A DNA stretch of 248,000 bases, taken from positions 20,001 to 268,000 of the forward strand of contig NZ_JMCB01000006.1 of assembly GCF_000737315.1 (NCBI RefSeq). The letters are read 5' to 3'. Shown one piece after another: positions 46,811-58,738 of the stretch. Numbering within the stretch: the first letter of the stretch is position 1; each line of letters begins with the position of its first letter. The notes under the pieces were generated by a model that saw only the letters and a list, made by a program, of their open reading frames with translations, searched no databases and was not told the DNA's origin. The position numbers and the translations under genes are program-made. The stretch comes from Hyalangium minutum. GTDB taxonomy: Bacteria > Myxococcota > Myxococcia > Myxococcales > Myxococcaceae.

Positions 46811-48436
46811 ATGGCTGTCCCCTTCGGGAAGTACGAACTGCTTCGTAAGATCGCCTCGGGCGGCATGGGCCAGGTGTTCCTGGCGCGTGAGCGCAGCTCG
46901 GTCGAGCGGCTGGTCGTGCTCAAGCTCATCCTCCCCCACCTGGCCGAGGACGATGAGTTCCTCACCATGTTCCTGGAGGAGGCGCGGCTGGTCGCCCGGC
47001 TCCAGCACCCCAACCTCGTCACCATCCTGGACCTGCAGGAGGTGGAGGGGCGCCACTGTCTGGCCATGGAGTACGTGCAGGGCGATGACGTGCGGCGGCT
47101 GGACAAGCAGTCCCGGCTGAAGGGGCGGCTGCTGCCCGCGGGGCTGGTGCTGCGCGTCATCTCCGAGGCCGCCGCGGGGCTCGACTACGCGCACAAGGCC
47201 CGTGACGCACAGGGCCAGCCGCTGAAGCTGGTTCACCGGGATGTCTCTCCGCAGAACATCCTCGTGGGCTTCGACGGGGCGGTGAAGATCATCGACTTCG
47301 GCGTGGCGAAGGCGGCCGGCAGCGGCCACCACACCGCCACCGGGGTGCTCAAGGGCAAGTATCCTTATATGTCCCCGGAGCAGGCCTCGGGGCAGGCCAT
47401 CGACGGGCGCAGCGATCAGTTCGCGCTGGGCGTGGTGATGTGGGAGCTGCTCACGGGCCGCCGCCTCTTCAAGGGCGAGTCGGACATGATGACGCTGCGC
47501 CTGGTGAAGGACTGCCAGGTGCCGAAGCCCTCGCAGATCAACCCCAAGCTGCCGCCGGGGCTGGACGAGGTGGTGCTGCGGGCGCTGGCGACCACGCCGG
47601 ACAAGCGGTACCCGGACTGCGGCGCGCTCCGGCTCGCGCTCGAGGACTACATCATCCAGCTGCGGCTGCCGGCCAGCACCGCGCACCTGTCCGCCTTCCT
47701 GCGCGAGCTGTACGCGGACCGCATCGCCGCGGAGTCGGATCCGGCCAAGCTGGACCAGCTGGCCGAGGACACGGACCTGGACACGAAGGACAAGTCCAAC
47801 CCCTCGCGCATCGACTCGTTGGGGTCGCCGGGCCACCGGCCCACGCCCTCGCGCGTGTCGATGCCCAGCATGCGCTCCCGGCATTCCGTGGAGGCCCTGG
47901 TGGGGCCCGCGCCCGGACACCGGCAGGAGTCCACCCGGGGCACCCAGCCGCTGGGCCGTCCCACGCCCCAGCGCCGCTTCCCCCTCATCCCCGTGGTAGT
48001 GAGCAGCGCGGCGCTGCTCGTCATCGCCGGGGCCGCGCTCGTCTACTTCACCCAGAAACCGGACGCTTCCCAGCCGCCCCCCGTGGTGGCCAACCCACCG
48101 ATGAAGCCGGTGGAGCCGCCCCCCGTGCCGCGCCCGCAGACCGCCGCTCCGCTCAAGGTGGAGCTGGTGCTCAAGTCCGAGCCCACCGGCGCGGCGGTGC
48201 AGCTCGCGGGCAAGCCGCTCGGGGTGACACCGGTAACGCTGGCCGTGGCACCCGAGGAAGCCCCCCTGGAGGTGACGCTGTCGCTGGACGGGTATGAGCC
48301 GCTGACGCGCCACGTGTCCGCCGCGAACGCGCCCAGCCTGATGCTCGCGCTGGAGCGGCGCGCCGCGCCCACGAAGCCGCCCACCAACGGCACCTCCAAG
48401 AAGCCGCCGCCCAGCTACATCAAGAAGGGCCGCTGA
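46811..48436 (+). CDS. Ser/Thr protein kinase with TM and PEGA domain
   Basis: HRDVSPQN, DFG, KYPYMSPEQ. Confidence 0.9.
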   Translation: MAVPFGKYELLRKIASGGMGQVFLARERSSVERLVVLKLILPHLAEDDEFLTMFLEEARLVARLQHPNLVTILDLQEVEGRHCLAMEYVQGDDVRRLDKQSRLKGRLLPAGLVLRVISEAAAGLDYAHKARDAQGQPLKLVHRDVSPQNILVGFDGAVKIIDFGVAKAAGSGHHTATGVLKGKYPYMSPEQASGQAIDGRSDQFALGVVMWELLTGRRLFKGESDMMTLRLVKDCQVPKPSQINPKLPPGLDEVVLRALATTPDKRYPDCGALRLALEDYIIQLRLPASTAHLSAFLRELYADRIAAESDPAKLDQLAEDTDLDTKDKSNPSRIDSLGSPGHRPTPSRVSMPSMRSRHSVEALVGPAPGHRQESTRGTQPLGRPTPQRRFPLIPVVVSSAALLVIAGAALVYFTQKPDASQPPPVVANPPMKPVEPPPVPRPQTAAPLKVELVLKSEPTGAAVQLAGKPLGVTPVTLAVAPEEAPLEVTLSLDGYEPLTRHVSAANAPSLMLALERRAAPTKPPTNGTSKKPPPSYIKKGR

Positions 48437-48474
48437 GCCCGCAGGGCTCAGGGCTGCTCCGGTGGGGTGGCGGT

Positions 48475-50499
48475 TCAGATGCGCGGTGGCGCCTGGGACA
48501 CCAGCCTGCGGATGAGCTCCGGCTCGAACGGCTTGTCGATGCGTGGGTGTGAGGAGCTCTGCAGGAAGGCCCGGGCCCGCGCCGTGAAGCCCCCGCCCGT
48601 CATGAAGACGAGCCGCGGCAGGCACTCGGGGTGGTGCTTCGCCAGCTCGGCGTGGACGTCCATGCCCGTCAGGTCCGTCATCATCAAGTCGCAGAAGATG
48701 CGGTCGAAGTCCGTGTCGCGCTCCAGCAGCGCGAGCGCCTCGCGGCCGCTGGCGGTCACCACCACCTCGTTGCCCCGGCCGATGATGCGCCGCATGACGG
48801 AGGCAATGCCCGCCTCGTCGTCGATGATGAGCACGCGCTTGCCCTGAACCGGCGGCGCCTCCAGCACGGAGGCCAGCGAGGGCACCACGTCCCCGCTCGC
48901 CGAACCCCGGGTGGGCAGCACCACGCGGAACGTGCTCCCCTTGCCCGGCATGCTGGCCGCCGTCAGCTCCCCGCGCAGCGCCTTGATGATGCCGTGGCAG
49001 ATGGACAGCCCCAGCCCGGTGCCCTCGCCCTGGGCCTTGGTGGTGAAGAAGGGCTCGAAGGCGCGCGTCAGCACGTCCGGCGTCATCCCCATGCCCGTGT
49101 CCGTCACCTCCACCACCACGTGCTCATCCCTCGCGTACGTGTTGAGCACGATGCGGTGGTGCGTCGAGTCCCCCTCGGGGATGGCCTGCGCCGCGTTGAT
49201 GAGCAGGTTGAGGAACACCTGCCCCAGCTTGGCCTCGTTGGCCCACACCGGGGCCACGTTGCCGTAGCACTTCACCACCTGCGCGCGGTAGCGGATGTGG
49301 TTCATCGCCATGGAGAGGCTGAACTCCAGCGCCGCGTGCACGTCCACCTGCTTCAGCTGCGCGTCATCTCCCCGGGCGAACGTCTTCAAGTCCCGGACAA
49401 TGCCGCGGATGCGCTCGGCGCCCTCGCGGGCCTCCGCCAACGCCTCGGCCGTCTCCTCGATCGCCTTGCGCGCCTCCACCTGCGGCAGCGCCTGGAGCTG
49501 CTCCAGCGCGAAGTGGATGTTGCCCATCACGAAGGACAGCGGGTTGTTGATTTCATGCCCCACGCCCGCGGCGAGCTGGCCCGCCACCGCCAGCTTCTCC
49601 GACTGCACGAGCTTCTCCCGGGCCGCGAGCAGCTCCCGCGCGCGCTGCCGCGCCAGCTCCTCCGCCTCCAGGCGGCCCGAGTGCTCGCGGTTGAGCAGCG
49701 CGTCCCGCTCCTGCTCCGCCTTCTTCTTCTCATTGATGTCGCGGAAGAAGATGGCGATGCCGTTGCCGGACGGGTACGCGTGCACCTCGAACCAGCGGCC
49801 GCGCGAGAACTCCATCTCGAAGACGGTGGAGACGCGCTCCGCCATGACTCGCCGGTACTCGCGCTCGGCGATGGTGCCCATCAGCTCGGGGCTGGTGCTC
49901 CAGATGTCGCGGCCGAAGAGCTTCTCGCGCGGCTTGCCCGTCAGCAGCAGCGCGTTGCGGTTGATGTACGTGTAGCGCCAGTGCGCATCCACGGAGAAGA
50001 AGCCCTCGGGCAGGTTCTCCAGCAGCTCCACCAGCTTGTCGCGCGTCTCGCGCAGCCCCGTCTCCGCGCGCCGGGCGGCGGTGATGTCGCGCAGCCGCAC
50101 CAGCACGCCGTCTCGGAAGCGCGCCACGGTGGCCTGGAGCCACCCGTCGAACCCATCACATGCGTGAGGAAACACCTGCTGGCACGACTGGCCTGTCTCC
50201 ACCACTTGATGGAAGGCCTCGAACTGTCCCGCGAGCCCCAGCTCCGGCGGCACCTCGTGCAGCTTGTGCCCCACCAGGCTGCCCACGTGCCAGCTCAGCG
50301 TGCGCTCCGCGGCGGCGTTCGCGTAGATCCACTCGAAGTCGATCAGCGTGCCCTCTTCATCCCGCAGCGCGCGCAGCGCCATGCTGCCCTCGGGATGCGT
50401 GTTCTCCACCTCCGCCAGCACGCGGAGCACTTCGTCTCCTTCCCACTGGCGGGACCCCCTCAGGACCTTCGAGGGCTCGATGAATGCGGGCTTGGGCAT
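48475..50499 (-). CDS. Hybrid histidine kinase, PAS-PAS-HK-REC
   Basis: GVGHEINNP, FFTTK, C-terminal receiver. Confidence 0.9.
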   Translation of the reverse strand: MPKPAFIEPSKVLRGSRQWEGDEVLRVLAEVENTHPEGSMALRALRDEEGTLIDFEWIYANAAAERTLSWHVGSLVGHKLHEVPPELGLAGQFEAFHQVVETGQSCQQVFPHACDGFDGWLQATVARFRDGVLVRLRDITAARRAETGLRETRDKLVELLENLPEGFFSVDAHWRYTYINRNALLLTGKPREKLFGRDIWSTSPELMGTIAEREYRRVMAERVSTVFEMEFSRGRWFEVHAYPSGNGIAIFFRDINEKKKAEQERDALLNREHSGRLEAEELARQRARELLAAREKLVQSEKLAVAGQLAAGVGHEINNPLSFVMGNIHFALEQLQALPQVEARKAIEETAEALAEAREGAERIRGIVRDLKTFARGDDAQLKQVDVHAALEFSLSMAMNHIRYRAQVVKCYGNVAPVWANEAKLGQVFLNLLINAAQAIPEGDSTHHRIVLNTYARDEHVVVEVTDTGMGMTPDVLTRAFEPFFTTKAQGEGTGLGLSICHGIIKALRGELTAASMPGKGSTFRVVLPTRGSASGDVVPSLASVLEAPPVQGKRVLIIDDEAGIASVMRRIIGRGNEVVVTASGREALALLERDTDFDRIFCDLMMTDLTGMDVHAELAKHHPECLPRLVFMTGGGFTARARAFLQSSSHPRIDKPFEPELIRRLVSQAPPRI

Positions 50500-50712
50500 G
50501 CCTGAGGTCCTCCAACGCGTGGCGGCCAGACCGTGGACCAGAAGCCGGGGCCGTGGCTTCCGCCGCACGCAGCAGCTTACTCGCTTGGCTGACTCAGTAC
50601 AGACTCCGCACCCGCTCGAAGAACCCGCCGGTGAACAGCGTAACGGCGCGGAGAATCAGAATTCCCCGCGCCGTCTTTCCTCACTGATACAGGATTGCGT
50701 TGATCCGAACAG

Positions 50713-52131
50713 CTACGGCTGGATCTCGCGCACGCTCATCCACTTGAAGTCGACGTCGCTCGCGCTGTCCCAACGGAATGTTGCAATTGGGCCACCCCAC
50801 GTCATCGGCATGGCGGGATTGGAAGCTCCGCACTTACCGTGGTCGCCACCCCAGTCGCCCGCGTCCGTCATGTCGTAGATCTTCTTCCAGGTGACCTTGT
50901 CGGCGTTCTCGTTGAGGTACAGCTCGAGCTTCACGGCCGTCTTGCCGCCCGCGGTGACGTTGCGCATGACCGCCTTGAAGCCAACCCAGCGGCCCTTGAG
51001 CGAGCTGGTGGCGGGCTTGTACGGGGCCTGCTCGTAGCTGACGTGCCACGACTCCTTCTGCCAGCGCGTGCGCCCGTCATAGTGCAGCGCGCCCTTGTAC
51101 GAGGAGCCCTCGCACGGCACCGAGTCGTTGTGCTTGCCGCCGCGCGCGTACCAGTCGAAGTTGTCCGCCATGTCCGAGGCTGCGTTGAGCTTCACGAAGC
51201 CCGTCATCTCGATGTTCTTCCAGTCGTTGGCTGCCAGCATGTAGCCCTTGCTGGTCATCTGGTCCCGGTTGTACGTGGGGATCTTCCCCGCGCCGTAGCC
51301 GGTGGAGGTGAAGACGGACATGCGCACCTGGGTGGCCTTGATCTTCCAGGAGCCGTCCGCGTTCTTGGTGATGGGGTTCTGCGGATCGAAGCGAGAGTCC
51401 TTCGTCGGGTCCGCCGCCATCGCCCAGCTCTCACCGCCCGACTTCGTGGGGTAGATCATCGTCACACCGAACCCGTCCTTGCCCCCGGCGGGCGGAGTCG
51501 GGTCCGTCGGCGGAGTCGGGTCCGTCGGCGGAGCCGGGTCCGTCGGCGGAGTCGGGTCCGTCGGCGGAGTCGGCTCGGAGGTGCCGCCGCACCCGAGCAC
51601 GCGCATCTCGGAGATGCTGGCCCAGTTGTTGGTCGTGTTGCCTTTCACGGTGACCCTCACGTAGCGCGCGGGGGCAGCGGTGAAGGTGATGCGCTGCGCC
51701 TGATCCGAGCGGGCGCTCCGATTCGCGGCGACGTTGTAATAGGTGCTGCCATCGCGCGAGGTGGCCACCTCGTAGTTGTAGTTGCGCGTGGCGCCGCTGT
51801 GCCAGGTGACGTCCACAGCGCCCACCTGCTTCTCGGCGCCGAGATCCGCACGAATCCAGCAGCCGCTTCCATTGCAGGACCAGCGGGTGTCCGGTTTGCC
51901 GTCGAGCACGTTGGAGGGGACGTTGCCGTCATCTGCCTTGGCGGTGACGGCGGTGATGGGGACGTTCGTCGAGCAGGTGGTCTGGGCCCGCGCCGGAGTG
52001 GCGAGAGCCATCAGGGATAACACGCTGAGTGAGGGGATCAGCGCTCCGGAGAGGCGGCGCCAGGGGAGAGACTTCTTCGATCCGATCAAGTTCTGTGTTC
52101 CTCGGGTGAGGCCGCAGCTCCGCCTGCCCAC
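50713..52131 (-). CDS. Secreted discoidin (F5/8 type C) + lectin/lyase-like carbohydrate-active protein
   Basis: NVLDGKPDTRWS, WASISE, Pro/Thr linker, second beta-sandwich domain. Confidence 0.7.
   Translation of the reverse strand: MGRRSCGLTRGTQNLIGSKKSLPWRRLSGALIPSLSVLSLMALATPARAQTTCSTNVPITAVTAKADDGNVPSNVLDGKPDTRWSCNGSGCWIRADLGAEKQVGAVDVTWHSGATRNYNYEVATSRDGSTYYNVAANRSARSDQAQRITFTAAPARYVRVTVKGNTTNNWASISEMRVLGCGGTSEPTPPTDPTPPTDPAPPTDPTPPTDPTPPAGGKDGFGVTMIYPTKSGGESWAMAADPTKDSRFDPQNPITKNADGSWKIKATQVRMSVFTSTGYGAGKIPTYNRDQMTSKGYMLAANDWKNIEMTGFVKLNAASDMADNFDWYARGGKHNDSVPCEGSSYKGALHYDGRTRWQKESWHVSYEQAPYKPATSSLKGRWVGFKAVMRNVTAGGKTAVKLELYLNENADKVTWKKIYDMTDAGDWGGDHGKCGASNPAMPMTWGGPIATFRWDSASDVDFKWMSVREIQP
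51491..51573. repeat. 18-bp tandem repeat (about 4.5 copies) encoding a PTPPTD linker
   Basis: ggcggagtcgggtccgtc units, in frame within the CDS. Confidence 0.9.
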
Positions 52132-52336
52132 TCCTAGAGGACTCCTGGAGCAGAGCGAGCACGGCTGACCGCGGCTGCGTTGTCGTCAGTGTCCCGCCAC
52201 AAGCGGAGAGCTCTCGCTCACCCGCTCATGACAGAACGCGTCGTTGCTGCAGTCCCGAGTACCGGATGTATTTTTGCTTTCTTCCCAAGCCGCGCGCGCG
52301 GTGTCTCTCGCCTGGAAGGTGGGTCCGGTGTGCGAC

Positions 52337-54187
52337 TCACTCCAGCAAGCGCATCACGACCGCCGAGGGCCCCTCTAGTCGCACGACACTGTCTCTCAGC
52401 GGAGACGTCTCCACGGCTCCACCGAAAGCAGGCGCCTCGCTCCACAGCACGACCTGTGCACGCGAGCCCGCAGGCAGGCGCTGCTCGAGCAAACCCTTCA
52501 CGTTGATGAAGGCAAGCAGCCGCTGACCCGCGCCTCGGCGCTCGAGGACGAGCGAGCTTGGGCCTAGCGCCCGCGCCTCGTAGCTGCCCCGGCTCTTCTC
52601 CTTCAGCGCGGGCTCGGTGGCGCGCAGCCACAGCAGCTCCCGGTAGAGCGCTCGGATCTGCGAGTGCGGCGGGCGCTCAGCCTCGGACCAGTCGAGGCGC
52701 GAGCGCTCGAAAGTCTCCTTCGCCTGCGGGTCTGGCACGGTGTCGCCCGCGAAGCGCTTGAAGCCGGCGAACTCCTTGCGGCGGCCCTCGGTGACGAGCC
52801 GCCCCAGCTCCTCGTTGTGGTCCGTGAAGTAGAGGAAGGGCGAGCGGGCGTTCCACTCCTGGCCCATGAACAGCAGCGGCGTGTACGGGGACAGCAGCAG
52901 CAGGGTGCTCATCGCCCGGTAGGCCGCCGGTGTCACATCGTGGCCGAGCCGCTCGCCATGGGCGCGGTTGCCCACCTGATCGTGGTTCTGGGTGCAGTGG
53001 ACGAAGCACCGGGGCGGTAGCTCGCCCGCCGGCGTGCCCCGCGCGTGGCCCTGGTTCTTCGACACCTGTCCCTCGTAGAACCAACCCTGACGGAGCGTGC
53101 GGGCGATGTCCTCCGCGCTGCCCGTATAGTCCTGGTAGTAGCCCTCGCTGTCGCCCGCGAAGGCGCGGCGCAGCTGGTGGTGCAGATCATCCGCCCAGAC
53201 GCCGTCCAGCCCCAGGCCGCCCGCAGAGGCCGGGCGAGGAAGCCGGGCCTCGTTACGCTCGTCCTCGGCGATCACCACCACGCGGCGTCCCGGCGCGGCG
53301 GCGCGGGCCCGGGCGGAGATCTCCGTCAGCAGGTGCGGCGAGCTGTCATCCACGATGGCGTGCGCCGCGTCCAGCCGCAGGCCGTCGGCGTGGTAGTCGC
53401 GGATCCACATGTCCACGTTGGAGAGCACCAACTCCCGCACGGGCGCGGAGTCCTTCCCGTCGTAGTTGACGGCATCCCCCCACGGGGTGTGGTGGCGGCC
53501 GGTGAAGTAGTGCGGCGAGTAGCAGCGCAGGTAGTTCCCGTCCGGCCCGAAGTGGTTGTAGACGGCGTCAATGAGCACGGCGAGCCCGTGCGCGTGCGCG
53601 GCATCGATGAGCTGGCGCAGCCCATTCGGACCGCCATAAGTGTGCTGCGGGGCGAACAGGTCCACCCCGTCGTAGCCCCAGTTGCGCGCGCCCGGGAAGC
53701 TGGCCAACGGCATGAGCTCCAGGGTGTTGATGCCCAGCTCTCGGAGCCCCTTCAGCTGGGGAATGAGCGCCTGGAAGGTGCCCTCGGGCGTCGCGGTGCC
53801 CACGTGCACCTCGTAGATGACGAGCGCATCCGGGTCCGGCCCCTTCCAGCCCGCGTCCGACCAGGCGAAGTCCGGGACCACCACCTCGGAGGGACCATGC
53901 ACGCCCTGCGGCTGGGAGCGGGACCAGGGGTCCGGAAACGGACCCTCCCCGTCCACGCGCAGCTTGTAGCGCACTCCCGCGCCCTGGCCCTCGAGCACGG
54001 CGCTGAAGTAGCCGCCCGGCTCGGCCGTCATCGGCAGCGCGCGGCCCGGCTTTCCCTCCGGGTCGTGCAGCACCACCTCCATGCTCCGGTGCTCGGGGGC
54101 CCAGACCCGCCACCGCACCCGAGGCCCTGCCTCCACCCACGCCCCCAGCCGAGGGACCGCTGCCCGTGACTCCTCCACTTGCGCCAT
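52337..54187 (-). CDS. treZ: Malto-oligosyltrehalose trehalohydrolase
   Basis: GH13: WGYDGV, DAVYNHFGP, GLRLDAAH, NHDQVGNR. Confidence 0.92.
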   Translation of the reverse strand: MAQVEESRAAVPRLGAWVEAGPRVRWRVWAPEHRSMEVVLHDPEGKPGRALPMTAEPGGYFSAVLEGQGAGVRYKLRVDGEGPFPDPWSRSQPQGVHGPSEVVVPDFAWSDAGWKGPDPDALVIYEVHVGTATPEGTFQALIPQLKGLRELGINTLELMPLASFPGARNWGYDGVDLFAPQHTYGGPNGLRQLIDAAHAHGLAVLIDAVYNHFGPDGNYLRCYSPHYFTGRHHTPWGDAVNYDGKDSAPVRELVLSNVDMWIRDYHADGLRLDAAHAIVDDSSPHLLTEISARARAAAPGRRVVVIAEDERNEARLPRPASAGGLGLDGVWADDLHHQLRRAFAGDSEGYYQDYTGSAEDIARTLRQGWFYEGQVSKNQGHARGTPAGELPPRCFVHCTQNHDQVGNRAHGERLGHDVTPAAYRAMSTLLLLSPYTPLLFMGQEWNARSPFLYFTDHNEELGRLVTEGRRKEFAGFKRFAGDTVPDPQAKETFERSRLDWSEAERPPHSQIRALYRELLWLRATEPALKEKSRGSYEARALGPSSLVLERRGAGQRLLAFINVKGLLEQRLPAGSRAQVVLWSEAPAFGGAVETSPLRDSVVRLEGPSAVVMRLLE

Positions 54188-54512
54188 GCCTCTTCCTTTA
54201 ATGCGTGCCTGTCGTACCGAGGAGCACCTTGCATCAAAGTCCCTCCCTCTGGCGCCGGAAGATGTTCAGTGGTGGCCTACGGCACTGCGGACTTTGGGAC
54301 AGCCCCGGAGCCAGCTCACTCCAGGACCAGCTGACCATGGCGCTGGCCCCATACCGGAACTGAACCTCTGCTGACAGGAGCCGCCGAGCCGGGTCCCTAG
54401 CAAGCAACCGCTGCGCGAGCACCTCGATCTCCATGAGGAGATCCAGCACTGGGCTGGTCAGCGCGGTGGGCTCGTCCTCGACCTGCACGAAGAGCACCTG
54501 CCGAAGCGCTCC

Positions 54513-56372
54513 TCACCGCTTCGAGAGGAACTGGCGCTCCCACTCCTCCAGCATCCTCGCCAGCTTCATGCGCTGCGCTCCTGTCGTCGCGGCGTCCGCC
54601 ATCTTCTGGATCTCCATCAGCCGGGCCATGGCAGGAGAGAAGACGGCTTGCTGGTCCTTCCGGCTCAACCGAATGGTTGCGTCCGCCAGCCGCTGCTGCA
54701 GCACGTCCGGATTGAGCTCGATGTTGGGCGTGGCAGGTGGGGCGGCCGGCTCGGGAGAGACCATGAGGGTGGGTGCCTCAGAGGCTTTGGCTGTCGAACT
54801 CTTCGACAGAGTTCCTGGCTGCTGCACACCGGAAGGAGGAGGCGAGGCTTGGACTCCGTTCGCCGTGTCCCGCCCAGGAACCTTCGCGGGCTCGGTCAGG
54901 GCAGCCTCCTTGCTCTGCGGCACAGCCCTCCCTCTGGGAAGAGCCGAAGGGCGCCTTTGCGCCAAGTGATCCTCCTTGGGAGGGGGCTGCACAGCCTGGG
55001 TGGCTATCACTGGCTCAACAGCCCTGGGCGCCTCCGCCTGCTGAGGAGGCGGGGGCGCCTGAACCGGCGGCGCAGGTTCCTTCTCGGCCCGGGCCACGGG
55101 GGGTGGCTCCGTGGGCAAAGCCCTTCGGCCAAACCCGCTCAATCCCACCACGCCTGAAGCAACTACCAGGGACGCGGCCCCCAAGCCCATGACCCACAGA
55201 CGCCTGGAGGGCTTGGAGGGCACAGGGGCCGTGGCCGGTCCACGCAAGGACGCGGTGGCTCCCGCGAGGGAAACGGGCGTCAGCAGGGTAACGGTGGGAG
55301 GGTACACAGGCTCTGCCGCAACCTGTGACCCCTTCCCTGCGCCCGTGTCCTGTCTCGAGAGAAACGCATCGAGTTCCCGCCGCACTTCCTCTGCAGACTG
55401 GAAGCGTTGCGAGGGGCGCTTGGCGAGCAGCCTCAACACAATGCGCTCCAGTTCCAGCGGAACCTCCGGCGCCAGCCTGGACGGCTTCGGGGGCTCTTCT
55501 TCCACCTGCGCGAAGAGCACCTTCATCTGCTCACCGATGAACGGGCGCCGGCCTGTGAGCAGCTGGAAGGCAATCACTCCCACGGCGTAGAGGTCCGCGG
55601 TGGGCTCCACCTTCTCACCCCGGATCTGCTCAGGCGACATGTACTCGGGAGTTCCCAGAATGTGGCCTGACATGGTCAGAGCGCTGACGGTCTGGGACTG
55701 CGTCACCTTCGCGATTCCGAAGTCGAGCAACTTCACGGAGTGCGCGCCCTCGGCCTCCTGCTTCAGGAACACATTGCCGGGCTTCAGATCGCGGTGAATG
55801 ACGCCCCCGCGGTGCGCCGCCCCCAGCGCCGCGAGCATCTCATCGAGGATCTTCGCCGCCTCAATGGCGCCGAGCCTCACTCGCTTTCGGAGATAGGCGT
55901 CCATCGACACTCCGTGGAGCAGCTCCATCACCACATATGGGCGGCCGTCGAAAAGCTGCCCAAAGCCAAAGATGTCGATCACTCCCCGGTGCTGGATGGC
56001 GTTGACCACTCGCGCCTCTACCAACAGCCGCTTGACCAGTTCCCCTGCTTCAGCCAGCTCCGCCTTCAGGACTTTGATGGCGACCTGCTTCCCAATGAGT
56101 GGCTGGACGGCCCGGTAGACGATCCCCATGCCGCCCGCGCCGATTCGTTCCTTGATGATGTACTCGCTGACCTGCGTCTCAAGGAGTGGATCCCCCCCTT
56201 GCTCTGGAGGAGACGAAGGCTCCAAGGCATGACCGTCCCATGGGCAGAACACCATGCCACTCGGCAGCTGCTTGCTGCAGGCTGGGCACTTCATGGCCTG
56301 CTCCATGGCATTTCCCCCAGCGGGTCGCTTGAGTCTCCAGAGTGGTGCCTCCAGAAGAGACGACGAGAGCAC
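54513..56372 (-). CDS. Ser/Thr protein kinase with TM and Pro-rich tail
   Basis: HRDLKPGN, DFGIAK, GTPEYMSPEQ. Confidence 0.9.
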   Translation of the reverse strand: MLSSSLLEAPLWRLKRPAGGNAMEQAMKCPACSKQLPSGMVFCPWDGHALEPSSPPEQGGDPLLETQVSEYIIKERIGAGGMGIVYRAVQPLIGKQVAIKVLKAELAEAGELVKRLLVEARVVNAIQHRGVIDIFGFGQLFDGRPYVVMELLHGVSMDAYLRKRVRLGAIEAAKILDEMLAALGAAHRGGVIHRDLKPGNVFLKQEAEGAHSVKLLDFGIAKVTQSQTVSALTMSGHILGTPEYMSPEQIRGEKVEPTADLYAVGVIAFQLLTGRRPFIGEQMKVLFAQVEEEPPKPSRLAPEVPLELERIVLRLLAKRPSQRFQSAEEVRRELDAFLSRQDTGAGKGSQVAAEPVYPPTVTLLTPVSLAGATASLRGPATAPVPSKPSRRLWVMGLGAASLVVASGVVGLSGFGRRALPTEPPPVARAEKEPAPPVQAPPPPQQAEAPRAVEPVIATQAVQPPPKEDHLAQRRPSALPRGRAVPQSKEAALTEPAKVPGRDTANGVQASPPPSGVQQPGTLSKSSTAKASEAPTLMVSPEPAAPPATPNIELNPDVLQQRLADATIRLSRKDQQAVFSPAMARLMEIQKMADAATTGAQRMKLARMLEEWERQFLSKR

Positions 56373-56615
56373 AAGGTCAAGCGTGCCTCACTCCCACTTT
56401 CGTACCAGCGAGCCTCTGCGCGTCCAGGGTTTGGGTTTCAACGAGCCCCCTGCTGAGCAAGTGGGCTCTGGGAATGCACGCCCTGGGTAAAGGAAAGCAG
56501 GCGGCCCACCAGGGCCCCGGTAGGAGGCCTCCCCCCTGAGCAGGGCAGCAGACACGGTCCGCCTCCCGGCCTCTCCATCCTTACGGTGAGTGGGAGAAAC
56601 GGGAGGCAGAACGCC

Positions 56616-56999
56616 ATGCATCACACCCGGGAAATTCCTCGCGAGGTCTGGTCCGACTATCTCACCCTGCTGAGCGGCATGAACCGCTCCCAGTGGGTTC
56701 GCATCGAGGCGGCCAGTATCGACATTGGTGAACAGCCCTTGGCCCAGCGCCTGCCGCTCATCGACATCTCCTACGTGGAGAAGGGCAGCGGACGAGATGC
56801 CATCGAGGTGACGGTGGGCCGTCCAGGCGAAGAAATCACCCACCGCATCTTCCACCCGGAGCGCATCTACGCGGACGAGAGTGAGAGCGGCGAGCTGGAG
56901 TGCCTGGACATCGAAGACACGGGGCGCACCAAGACGATCATCTTCTTCGAGCCCATGCAGGCCATCGACACGGTCTCGGACACGCAGCCGCAGGCCTGA
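56616..56999 (+). CDS. DUF5335 family protein
   Basis: REIPREVWSDY, PLIDISY, ITHRI pattern. Confidence 0.65.
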   Translation: MHHTREIPREVWSDYLTLLSGMNRSQWVRIEAASIDIGEQPLAQRLPLIDISYVEKGSGRDAIEVTVGRPGEEITHRIFHPERIYADESESGELECLDIEDTGRTKTIIFFEPMQAIDTVSDTQPQA

Positions 57000-57013
57000 G
57001 CGGCCGCGCACCC

Positions 57014-57050
57014 AAAAGAAAAGGGGCGGACCCCGCGAGGAGCCCGCCCC
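57014..57050 (-). terminator. Rho-independent terminator of the S8 peptidase gene
   Basis: GGGGCGG/CCGCCCC stem followed by a T-run on the minus strand, between convergent genes. Confidence 0.75.
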
Positions 57051-57075
57051 AGAATGCCCACCCAGCTCTCAGGAA

Positions 57076-58626
<1,551 letters not shown>

Positions 58627-58738
58627 GGGGGATGGCCCGCAAAGACAAAGGCCAGAGCCGCGCCCCGTTGAGGAGCACGACTCCGGCCTTCAAGACTCCG
58701 CCGTGGCTCAAGTGGCCACGGAGTTCTTTGAAATCAGC

